Below are positions 56,595 through 64,000 of a DNA stretch of 64,000 nucleotides, piece after piece. Source of the stretch: Clostridia bacterium (GTDB taxonomy: Bacteria; Bacillota; Clostridia; Oscillospirales; CAG-272); assembly GCA_017456905.1 (NCBI GenBank), contig JAFTIL010000025.1, positions 438 to 64,437 of the forward strand, written 5' to 3'. A program made the position numbers and the translations under genes. Position 1 is the first letter of the stretch, and every line of letters begins with the position of its first letter. The notes beneath the pieces are model-generated. The model saw nothing but the letters and a program-made list of their open reading frames with translations, was not told the origin of the DNA and ran no database searches.

Positions 56595-57725
56595 ATGGCA
56601 ACCTTCACATCCATGCTTCAAACCATGAGGCAAGCCGAAAAATATGCCGAAAAGACTCAGTTCACAACCTATATTCTCCGAAATCTCGAAAGCAAGCGGA
56701 TCAGACTGACGACAGAGGACAAGGCTGAGCTGTCTACGATGGCTTTTGCCGAGATCGCCGCCGTGGCAGGTCGCATCCCCGAAATAAAGACCTACCGTGA
56801 AAAGGACGAGGCTATCGGGTATGCGGATGATTGGGTCAGCATCGTTACTCATTGTTTTCCCTCGCCGGAGGATGTTCCTGCCGAAAAGCTGGCCGCGCTT
56901 GAGGTGTATATTTATATGCGAAACAAGGAGCGTTTCGTAGAAAACGAGGTGGACCACGTTTTTGGTGACGGACACAACAGCAGGTACGAAATGGAGCATC
57001 TGATTGAGATCATTACCCCCGTCAAGGACGAATATCAGAGGGGGATGCTTTATAACGGCATGCTTCATTATAAAGATAAGCTGAAGGACATCCCCGATGA
57101 TGCAAAGGACATCCTGACTGCCTATATGGCCGCCGAGATCAAACGCTATATCAGCGGCGAGCCTAACGAGGAAATGATCAACGCCTTGGAAGTGGCTTGC
57201 GATGTGTCAGCCTATCTTTTGAATGACGAGCTGACTGCCCTTCTGTACGAGGTGCTGAAGTTGGGATATGCCAATGTCAATTATTATGCTGTCGGTACAC
57301 TTCTGAAAGCAAGGAAGCGCATCCCCGACGAGGCGGTGAAGTCCTTGGCGGCCGATCTTGAATACGCCGGCATGACCTACGTCCTGCTGGAGCAGTACGG
57401 CCAGACCAACCGCTTCCCGCCCGAGTGCGCAACCGAGGAATACCTGGCCAAGAGCACCATGATCCGCTGGCTGGTCTCTCCCACCGAGCTGGGACAACTG
57501 CCCGATGAGATCGAATATCTGGGCAAGGTCAAGAAAAAGGAGGTCTATCACATTTTCCGCTTCAAGTCAAATAGCGACAATTTGGAGGGTGCCCGCAAGG
57601 GCGTGTGGCTCATCGGCTGGTCGTCGGAGGAGGGCGGTACCTTCTCAGAGTTTGACCTGTACGCCGATTTTGAGCAGAAGACGGTGGAGAAGACTCTCAA
57701 GTACATCAAGCGGAAACTGCTGTAA
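56595..57725 (+). CDS. hypothetical cytoplasmic protein (376 aa)
   Basis: AAAGGCGG lies before ATG 56595. No motif recognised. Confidence 0.55.
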   Translation: MATFTSMLQTMRQAEKYAEKTQFTTYILRNLESKRIRLTTEDKAELSTMAFAEIAAVAGRIPEIKTYREKDEAIGYADDWVSIVTHCFPSPEDVPAEKLAALEVYIYMRNKERFVENEVDHVFGDGHNSRYEMEHLIEIITPVKDEYQRGMLYNGMLHYKDKLKDIPDDAKDILTAYMAAEIKRYISGEPNEEMINALEVACDVSAYLLNDELTALLYEVLKLGYANVNYYAVGTLLKARKRIPDEAVKSLAADLEYAGMTYVLLEQYGQTNRFPPECATEEYLAKSTMIRWLVSPTELGQLPDEIEYLGKVKKKEVYHIFRFKSNSDNLEGARKGVWLIGWSSEEGGTFSEFDLYADFEQKTVEKTLKYIKRKLL

Positions 57726-57840
57726 CCCTGTTATTTTAACCAATTCGTCAATAAAAAAACGTACCCCCCACGCATTGCGACAAACTTTGCGCGGGGGGTA
57801 TGTTATACTTTGGGAAAAAGATGCGAAAGGAAGTGAAAAA

Positions 57841-58257
57841 ATGAATGAACGCGCATCGTTTCTCTGCGATACTGCGGGAGAGACGCTGACGGTCTATATT
57901 CGCGGAGAGATCGACCACCACACCGCCGTGAAGGTCCGCAACGGTATTGACGCCGTGTTGTTTGAAAAGCGTCCCGCACGGCTAATTTTGGATCTGTCGG
58001 AGGTGGGATTTATGGATAGCTCAGGACTGGGGCTGATCATGGGACGGTTGTCGGTGATGCGGTCCTTAAACGGGGCTATGTGTCTGCGGGATCCAAGCAG
58101 GGAGACGGAGACCATCCTATCTTTGGCAGGCATGGAACGGCTGATCTCGGTTGAATACACCCGCGAGCGGCCCGAGCCCCCGGCCAAAAAGCCCGTGAGC
58201 AAAGGAAAAAGGACGAGCACCCGCAGAAAAACGGGGCGCTCCGACAACTCGGCGTGA
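57841..58257 (+). CDS. spoIIAA: anti-sigma-F factor antagonist (STAS domain) with a basic C-terminal tail
   Basis: STAS pattern with the phosphorylatable Ser motif FMDSSGLG. Followed by spoIIAB and sigF. Confidence 0.8.
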   Translation: MNERASFLCDTAGETLTVYIRGEIDHHTAVKVRNGIDAVLFEKRPARLILDLSEVGFMDSSGLGLIMGRLSVMRSLNGAMCLRDPSRETETILSLAGMERLISVEYTRERPEPPAKKPVSKGKRTSTRRKTGRSDNSA

Positions 58258-58419
58258 GAGAAAGGAGTTAGCGTGAAAGTTCAGTGATCCAAAATCGAAG
58301 TTCACTGGATCACGCACAATTCTCCTTAAAATGGGAACCCACCCATTTTGCCGCTAAAGCGGCATGGTCGAATGACAAAATTTATTTGTGCCGCCGTGTG
58401 GCGGCGGAATGGAATTTAT

Positions 58420-58896
58420 ATGAGCAGAACAAAAAGTGCCTATAACGGCAAGGTTTTGAACAAGATTCAAATGAAATTTCCCGCACTGTCGGTCAACGAG
58501 GGCATGGCCAGATCGGCGGTGGCGGTGTTCGTATCCCAGCTTGACCCCGAGATTACCGAGCTGGCGGATATCAAATGCGCCGTTTCCGAGGCGGTGACCA
58601 ACTGTATCGTGCACGGTTACCGCCATGTCGGAAGCGGTGAGGGGATGGTGACGGTGAACGTTTCTGTCCTGGAAGGGCGGATCGTCAAGATCGAGATCAA
58701 GGACAAGGGATGCGGGATCCCCGACGTGAAGGAGGCTCGTCAGCCCCTTTATACTACTGATGCGGCAGGCGAACGGAGCGGTATGGGATTTACGGTCATG
58801 GAGAGCTTTACCGATGCCATGAGGGTGACCTCCAAGGTGGGGCAGGGGACCACCGTCACTCTGTTTAAGCGGCTGTCTGCTCTGGGGCGGATCTGA
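58420..58896 (+). CDS. spoIIAB: anti-sigma F factor (serine protein kinase)
   Basis: EAVTNCIVHGY (N-box) and GMGFTVMESF (G-box). Confidence 0.85.
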   Translation: MSRTKSAYNGKVLNKIQMKFPALSVNEGMARSAVAVFVSQLDPEITELADIKCAVSEAVTNCIVHGYRHVGSGEGMVTVNVSVLEGRIVKIEIKDKGCGIPDVKEARQPLYTTDAAGERSGMGFTVMESFTDAMRVTSKVGQGTTVTLFKRLSALGRI

Positions 58897-58951
58897 TACA
58901 TAATGCGGAGTGCGGGGAGATCCTTTGCTCTGCCAAAACAGGAGGCAAACC

Positions 58952-59749
58952 ATGACAGATTACGAAGCCCTCAACATCCCGGATCTGACGATTGCAAACA
59001 CCGACACGCCACACCCTGAGGAACGGCGTTTTTCAAAAAATATCAGCCTCATCTCTCTGGCACAAAGCGGGGATGAAGCTGCTATGGAGCGGTTGGTCGT
59101 AGAAAATATGGGACTGGTGCGAAGCGTTGCCGTGAAATTCCGCGACAGAGGCACCGAGCTGGAGGATTTGATACAGATCGGAACCATTGGTATGATCAAG
59201 GCTATCCGCAGCTTTGATTGCGACCGTGGGACGGCTTTTTCGACCTACGCGGTGCCTTTGATCGTGGGGGAGATCCGACGACACCTGCGTGACGACGGCC
59301 TGATCCGCGTCAGCCGGGGCTATCGCCATTTGGGGATGCTTCTCATGCGGGAACGGACACGTATTGCCACCGAGGAGGGACGGGATGCGACCATTGGTGA
59401 GTTGGCCGAGGCTTGCGGCGTGACCCGCGAGGAGGCGGCTACCGCGCTGGATGCCCTGTCTCCCGTGTCCTCCTTGTCAGATAACGCCTTTGGAGAGGAT
59501 TCCCCTGAACTGGGGGCGGTCATTCCCGACCAGAGCGAGGCCGACGATATGGCTCGCCGGATAGATGCCATCGCCCTAAATCAAGTGATTTCTGCGTTGC
59601 CGCCCGACTGGAAAAAGATCGTCCTGCTTCGGTATTACAGAAACATGACCCAACAGCAGGTGGCCGATCTCATGGGGCTGACCCAAGTCAAGGTATCCCG
59701 TGAGGAAAAAAAGATCATGGCCTTTATGCGGGAACGGTTGGGCGGATAG
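58952..59749 (+). CDS. sigF: sporulation sigma factor SigF
   Basis: GGAGG RBS. DLIQIGTIGMIKAIRSFD, FSTYAVPLIVGEIRRHLRDDG and a region-4 HTH (TQQQVADLMGLTQVKVSREE). Confidence 0.85.
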   Translation: MTDYEALNIPDLTIANTDTPHPEERRFSKNISLISLAQSGDEAAMERLVVENMGLVRSVAVKFRDRGTELEDLIQIGTIGMIKAIRSFDCDRGTAFSTYAVPLIVGEIRRHLRDDGLIRVSRGYRHLGMLLMRERTRIATEEGRDATIGELAEACGVTREEAATALDALSPVSSLSDNAFGEDSPELGAVIPDQSEADDMARRIDAIALNQVISALPPDWKKIVLLRYYRNMTQQQVADLMGLTQVKVSREEKKIMAFMRERLGG

Positions 59750-59764
59750 AAAAAGATGCTTTGA

Positions 59765-59793
59765 AAAGAGCTCGGCAACGGGCTCTTTTTTGT
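59765..59793 (+). terminator. intrinsic terminator after sigF
   Basis: aaagagc-tcggcaacgg-gctcttt followed by TTTT. Confidence 0.7.
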
Positions 59794-59866
59794 TCTTGAA
59801 TTGGAAAGCGAAAAACAAATTCTGCAAAAAGTCAAAAATATTTTTCCGAAATTGGAATAAAACCTC

Positions 59867-59895
59867 TTGACAAACGGAATAAGATGGTGTATAAT
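59867..59895 (+). promoter_or_regulatory. consensus sigma-A promoter of recA
   Basis: TTGACA, 17 nt, TATAAT. Confidence 0.65.
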
Positions 59896-59975
59896 GATGC
59901 TATCGAAGAAAAAAGGCCCCGCAAAGGGGTTATCAAATCATAAAAGTTTCCGTTTTGGAACGCAAGGAGGATATG

Positions 59976-61106
59976 ATGGCAAAGGCATCCAAAAAGTCTC
60001 TTACCCCTATGGTGGCACATGACGCAGACAGAGAAGAGAAGCGCAAGGCCCTGCAAACGGCCATGAAGCAGATTGAGAAGGATTTCGGCGAAGGCTCTAT
60101 CATGAAGCTGGGTGACAACCAGCGCATGACCGTGCAGGCTGTACATACGGGCTCTTTGTCCCTGGACATGGCCCTGGGTATCGGCGGTGTGCCCCGCGGC
60201 CGTATCGTGGAGATCTACGGTCCCGAGTCCTCGGGTAAGACAACCGTGGCGTTGCATATCGTTGCTGAGGTGCAGAAGGCAGGCGGCGAAGCCGCTTTTC
60301 TCGACGCGGAGCACGCCTTGGATCCCGTGTACGCCAAGGCTTTGGGTGTTGACACCGATAACCTCTTGGTCTCCCAGCCCGATTGCGGCGAGGATGCGCT
60401 GTCTATCTGCGAGTCTTTGGTGCGTTCGGGGGCTGTGGACGTGGTGGTCGTGGATTCTGTGGCCGCGCTGGTTCCCCGTCAGGAGATCGAGGGCGACATG
60501 GGCGCCGCTACCGTGGGTATGCAGGCGAGACTCATGTCCCAGGCCATGAGAAAGCTGTCTGCAGTCATTTCCAAGAGCCAGGCCGTGGTCATTTTTATCA
60601 ACCAGCTCCGCGAGAAGGTGGGTGTGATGTACGGCAATCCCGAGACAACGCCCGGTGGCCGCGCGCTGAAATTCTATGCTTCCGTCCGTATCGACGTGCG
60701 CCGTACCGAGCAGCTCAAGAAGGGCACCGAGGTTTACGGTAACCATGTACGTTGCAAGATCGTAAAGAATAAGGTGGCGCCTCCCTTTAAGGTAGCCGAA
60801 TTTGATATTCTGTATGGCAAGGGTATTTCCCGTTCCAGCGAGATCTTGGATTTTGCCATTGAGCTGGATATCATTAAGAAGAGCGGCTCCTGGTTCTCCT
60901 ACGACGGTCAAAGACTGGGCCAAGGCAAGGATACCATCCGTCAGCTTGTGGAGGATAACCCCGAATTTATGGCCGAGCTGGAGGCCAAGGTAAGAGCTGC
61001 CGGCGAGGAAGCGGATCTTTTAGCGGCCAAGGATTTTGAATTGGACGAGGATGATGAGGACGAGGAGGATTACGATATCCGTGCTCTGGGCGAGGACGAT
61101 GAGTAA
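59976..61106 (+). CDS. recA: recombinase RecA
   Basis: AGGAGG lies 5 nt upstream. GPESSGKTT Walker [10 protein letters not shown] and VVVDSVAAL. Acidic C-terminal tail. Confidence 0.95.
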   Translation: MAKASKKSLTPMVAHDADREEKRKALQTAMKQIEKDFGEGSIMKLGDNQRMTVQAVHTGSLSLDMALGIGGVPRGRIVEIYGPESSGKTTVALHIVAEVQKAGGEAAFLDAEHALDPVYAKALGVDTDNLLVSQPDCGEDALSICESLVRSGAVDVVVVDSVAALVPRQEIEGDMGAATVGMQARLMSQAMRKLSAVISKSQAVVIFINQLREKVGVMYGNPETTPGGRALKFYASVRIDVRRTEQLKKGTEVYGNHVRCKIVKNKVAPPFKVAEFDILYGKGISRSSEILDFAIELDIIKKSGSWFSYDGQRLGQGKDTIRQLVEDNPEFMAELEAKVRAAGEEADLLAAKDFELDEDDEDEEDYDIRALGEDDE

Positions 61107-61857
61107 GTCTTTTCGTCTCGTGGATGAGCTCGTCGGTAGCGGAAAAGAACAGACCCCAACCCCAACACCGTCCAAAGAAAAACGGGAGCCTTGCCACAAG
61201 CTGCTTGCATCGGATGAAGCTGTGTGGGAAACAGACGTTCAAGGCGAAGGCACCCCTTTGATCACTCACGTGACACCTATGGATGGCGGTGAGTGGGTGA
61301 GTGTGGCGGTGAAGATAGGGAAGGAACGCAAGCATTTTCGTTTGCTGACCGAGCAATATGCGGCTCTTCGCCCCGTGGTGGGCGTTGTCCCTCCTGAAAT
61401 GCTTGAGGCCTTGGAAACGGCGGAAAAGTTGTGTGATGCCATCCGCAAAGGCGCCGAGCTTCTGGGCTATGGTGCTGTTTCCAAGCGCCGATTGACCCAA
61501 AAGCTGACGGCGCGTGGCTTTGACTGCGATACCGCCGAGGCGGCAGTCTCTTATCTTTGCGAGCGCGGTCTTTTGCCCGAGGAAGATGATGCTGTCCGTT
61601 TTGCAGAGCAGGGAGTTCGCAAACTGTGGGGCCCCCGCAGGATCCGTGACGATTTGTTTGCTCGCGGTTTTCCCTCAGAGGCGATATCTATTGCCATGGA
61701 TCACCTGGAGGATGTGGATTTCGTCGAAAATTGTGGTCGTGTCATCGTCAAGAAATACGGTGGCATTCCCAAGGATCGGGGAGAAATCAAAAAAATGATC
61801 GCCGCGCTGATGCGTTTGGGCTATACCTCGGATCAGATCAGGGAGGCCATGCGGTGA
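61099..61857 (+). CDS. recX: RecX-like regulator
   Basis: Start overlaps the recA stop. The C-terminal half ([15 protein letters not shown]...[15 protein letters not shown]...[10 protein letters not shown]...[12 protein letters not shown]) matches the RecX three-helix repeats. Confidence 0.75.
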   Translation: MSKSFRLVDELVGSGKEQTPTPTPSKEKREPCHKLLASDEAVWETDVQGEGTPLITHVTPMDGGEWVSVAVKIGKERKHFRLLTEQYAALRPVVGVVPPEMLEALETAEKLCDAIRKGAELLGYGAVSKRRLTQKLTARGFDCDTAEAAVSYLCERGLLPEEDDAVRFAEQGVRKLWGPRRIRDDLFARGFPSEAISIAMDHLEDVDFVENCGRVIVKKYGGIPKDRGEIKKMIAALMRLGYTSDQIREAMR

Positions 61858-62065
61858 TGGTGTGTGACACATACCGTTTAGCCGATTTATGCGAATTTCA
61901 GTTGTGAAAAGCCTCGCTTCTTTAACTTCTCATAAGTATGTTTGGATTCTCGGCAGGGGCGAACTATGTTCGTCCGCGGGAGACCGCAGGTCTCCCCTAC
62001 GGGCACATCAACAAATTTCGGCAGAGATATTGTTTCTCTGCCGATTTTGTGATATAATGGGTTAA

Positions 62066-62204
62066 AGGAAAGGCTCCCTCCGAGAGTGAGGGGGACCGAG
62101 ATAGCGGTGGAAGGAGCCTGCGTGACATAGGGCTTGCATAAACTTTGTGGTAACGCACTCTCCCTCACCCGACTCCGTCGGGAACTCCCTCCCGGAGGGA
62201 GCCT
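62066..62204. repeat. third, inverted and shorter copy of the cassette right-flank repeat
   Basis: The reverse complement reads ggctccctccgggaggg...tgagggagagtgcgttacca.aaagttta...tcacgcaggctccttcc, as in copies 1 and 2. Confidence 0.75.
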
Positions 62205-62289
62205 TTGGATGCGTGCAATCTTAGGGGTATGGGCTTTGCCCAATGTCTTTGTAATACAAAGGCGAAACTGGCGATAAAGGAGAGAAATA

Positions 62290-62637
62290 ATGTTTACAAC
62301 AAAGAAAAAGAAAATACAAAAATATTTAGAGCAAATGGCAGACGATAACAAATGTGCATTTGACGCTCTCCTTTCTGATTATTTGGACGGAGCGTTAAAA
62401 GAAAATCTTGAGTCCGTAAAGATAGAAAGAGTTGAAATACATATAGATTGGGTTGATGATATGAAGTGTATTGGAATACAAGGTCGATATAAAGAATATT
62501 ATATGGACTTGCAAATTTACCCCAATGAGTTTAGTGTTTCGTTTGATTTAGATGAACCGGATGAAGATGTAATATATCCGCTTGAAAGCAAAGAACAGAT
62601 ATATAGTGTATTATCTGAAGCAGTTAAAACTTTGTAA
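62290..62637 (+). CDS. hypothetical acidic cytoplasmic protein (115 aa), AT-rich
   Basis: AAGGAGAG RBS. Adjacent to repeat copy 3 in the same relative orientation as the cassette ORFs. Confidence 0.5.
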   Translation: MFTTKKKKIQKYLEQMADDNKCAFDALLSDYLDGALKENLESVKIERVEIHIDWVDDMKCIGIQGRYKEYYMDLQIYPNEFSVSFDLDEPDEDVIYPLESKEQIYSVLSEAVKTL

Positions 62638-62936
62638 CATTGAACAGCCATCGCGATTATTGTACCGCGATGGCTGTTATCATCCTTATGAGAAGTAACT
62701 TTTGCGAGGCTTTTTTACATTGGTAAATTGTTGTGTAGCTTCTTTTCGCTTTTCTCTCCTCGTCGAGATGAAAAGTTAGTAAGATATACAACAATTTATA
62801 TTTATAATATAATCTTTCCAAACCTTATTGACTTTATCTCTAAAAAATTGTATAATAACTCTGTATATGTTTTGAGTCCTTATGAGAAAGAAGGTATGCA
62901 TTCATGGCAAGGACGGTTGCTCTCGGAAAGCGAGAC

Positions 62937-64000
62937 ATGAATATGACCGAAGGTCCTCTCCTGGGAAAAATGATTGTCTTTACGCTCCCCGTCATGGCCT
63001 CGGGCCTGCTTCAACTGCTGTTTAACGCCGCCGATGTGATGGTGGTGGGAAAATTCGCAGGAGATGCCGCCATGGCCGCCGTTGGCTGTTGCGGTGCTCT
63101 CATCAATTTGATCATCAATCTGTTCATCGGTTTGGCCGTGGGTGCGGGCGTCATGGCCGCTCAGGATATCGGCGCTAAACGCTACGAAGGCGTGAAAAAA
63201 CTGGTCTCCACAGCCCTGACCGCTTCTATCGTAGGTGGTATCTTCGTGGGTATTCTCGGTTTTGTGCTGGCCGAGCCTCTGCTGATCCTCATGGACACCC
63301 CCGATGATGTGCTGGTCGAAGCTGTTCCCTATATGCGTGCCTATTTTTGCGGTATTCCCGGCTGTCTTATTTACAACTACATGGCCGCCATCCTCCGTTC
63401 TACGGGTGACACCAAGCGTCCCCTTTACTTTTTAACGGCGGCAGGCGTGGCCAACGTGGGTATGAACCTGCTTATGGTCTGTGTGTTCCATCTGGGAGCC
63501 ATCGGAGTGGGGATTGCAACGGCGGTGGCCCAGTACGTATCCGCCACATTGATCCTTATCTATATGGCCCGTATGGAGGGCTATTGCCGCATCACAGGCT
63601 TTGCCGTGGACAAGAGCAAGCTGCTTCGCATGATCACCATCGGCCTTCCCGCAGGTCTGCAGGGATGTATGTTCTCCCTCTCCAACGTCTTGATCCAGTC
63701 CAACGTCAATACCTACCCCACGCCCGTGATCGCGGGTAATACGGCGGCAGGTAACCTGGAGGGCTTTGTTTATACCTCTATGAATTCGGTCTATCAGACC
63801 GCCCTGACCTTTATCGGTCAAAACGTGGGCGCGGGTAAATATGAGCGCATTAAAAAGATCTCGGGTCTTTGCGTGGGTATGGTGACTGTCATCGGCCTCA
63901 CTCTTGGTGTGGGCTTGGCGGTCTTTGGAGACAAACTGCTCCTTCTGTACGCATCGGGCGAGAACATTGACGCGGTGATTGCCGCGGGTGTGAACCGACT
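62937..64000 (+). CDS. MATE-family efflux transporter (partial, runs off the window)
   Basis: Open frame from ATG 62937: MNMTEGPLLGKMIVFTLPVMASGLLQLLFNAADVMVVGKF..., the typical MATE N-terminus. Not in the ORF track because no stop lies within the window. Confidence 0.85.
   Translation, partial: MNMTEGPLLGKMIVFTLPVMASGLLQLLFNAADVMVVGKFAGDAAMAAVGCCGALINLIINLFIGLAVGAGVMAAQDIGAKRYEGVKKLVSTALTASIVGGIFVGILGFVLAEPLLILMDTPDDVLVEAVPYMRAYFCGIPGCLIYNYMAAILRSTGDTKRPLYFLTAAGVANVGMNLLMVCVFHLGAIGVGIATAVAQYVSATLILIYMARMEGYCRITGFAVDKSKLLRMITIGLPAGLQGCMFSLSNVLIQSNVNTYPTPVIAGNTAAGNLEGFVYTSMNSVYQTALTFIGQNVGAGKYERIKKISGLCVGMVTVIGLTLGVGLAVFGDKLLLLYASGENIDAVIAAGVNR

Noticed and set aside
59760-59975. SOS (Cheo) box in the recA promoter
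   Set aside because: No GAAC-N4-GTTC match was found by eye. Only a consensus TTGACA-17-TATAAT promoter is supported.
59832-60923. 363-aa minus-strand ORF
   Set aside because: It lies entirely antisense to recA.
61887-62351. 154-aa minus-strand ORF
   Set aside because: It spans repeat copy 3 and the start of the 115-aa + strand gene. No RBS. Same repeat-derived peptide artefact.

Overview
The window looks like it comes from a moderately high-GC, spore-forming Clostridia-type Firmicute. This is an inference from spoIIAA-spoIIAB-sigF, AGGAGG-type RBSs, an agr/LytTR module and the overall gene content. About 46.1-64 kb reads as core chromosome: tRNA-Gln, a G1PDH-like dehydrogenase, mtnN, a TlpA-like thiol-disulfide oxidoreductase, a malQ/ptsI/ptsH/MapP-like/PTS-EII operon whose EII gene is frameshifted, spoIIAA-spoIIAB-sigF, recA-recX and a MATE pump. 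The left ~46 kb is mosaic accessory DNA with compositional jumps judged by eye. It has six parts. (1) 0-4.8 kb is a tightly coupled + strand operon with ArdA, a PcfK/AcrIIA9-like protein and a PcfJ-like protein, followed by a WYL regulator. (2) 6-17.9 kb is a one-strand module with a LexA-like repressor, small regulators, small basic proteins, paralogous Ig-like lipoproteins, an anchored secreted protein, a polytopic membrane protein with a P-loop-like motif and a terminal HUH Rep. This is a candidate integrated rolling-circle element. (3) 18.1-21 kb is an agrBD plus LytTR two-component quorum-sensing module whose AgrD has no cysteine. (4) 21.2-28.6 kb is a Sec-dependent RHS/WapA-like polymorphic toxin plus an immunity gene, whose promoter duplicates the agrB promoter/operator. 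(5) 30.3-39.1 kb holds a large serine recombinase followed by an AT-rich three-gene operon: an 897-aa protein with no recognised motif, a ParA/MinD-type ATPase and an 835-aa HD protein with dNTPase-like motifs. The operon is bracketed by a relic copy of the recombinase 3' end. This operon is my best candidate for an undescribed (defence-like) system. (6) 43.8-45.9 kb holds two tandem cassettes with conserved flanks and unrelated AT-rich membrane-protein ORFs, and a third inverted copy of the flank repeat lies at 62.1 kb. All functional calls rest on motif recognition by eye; no database search was run.
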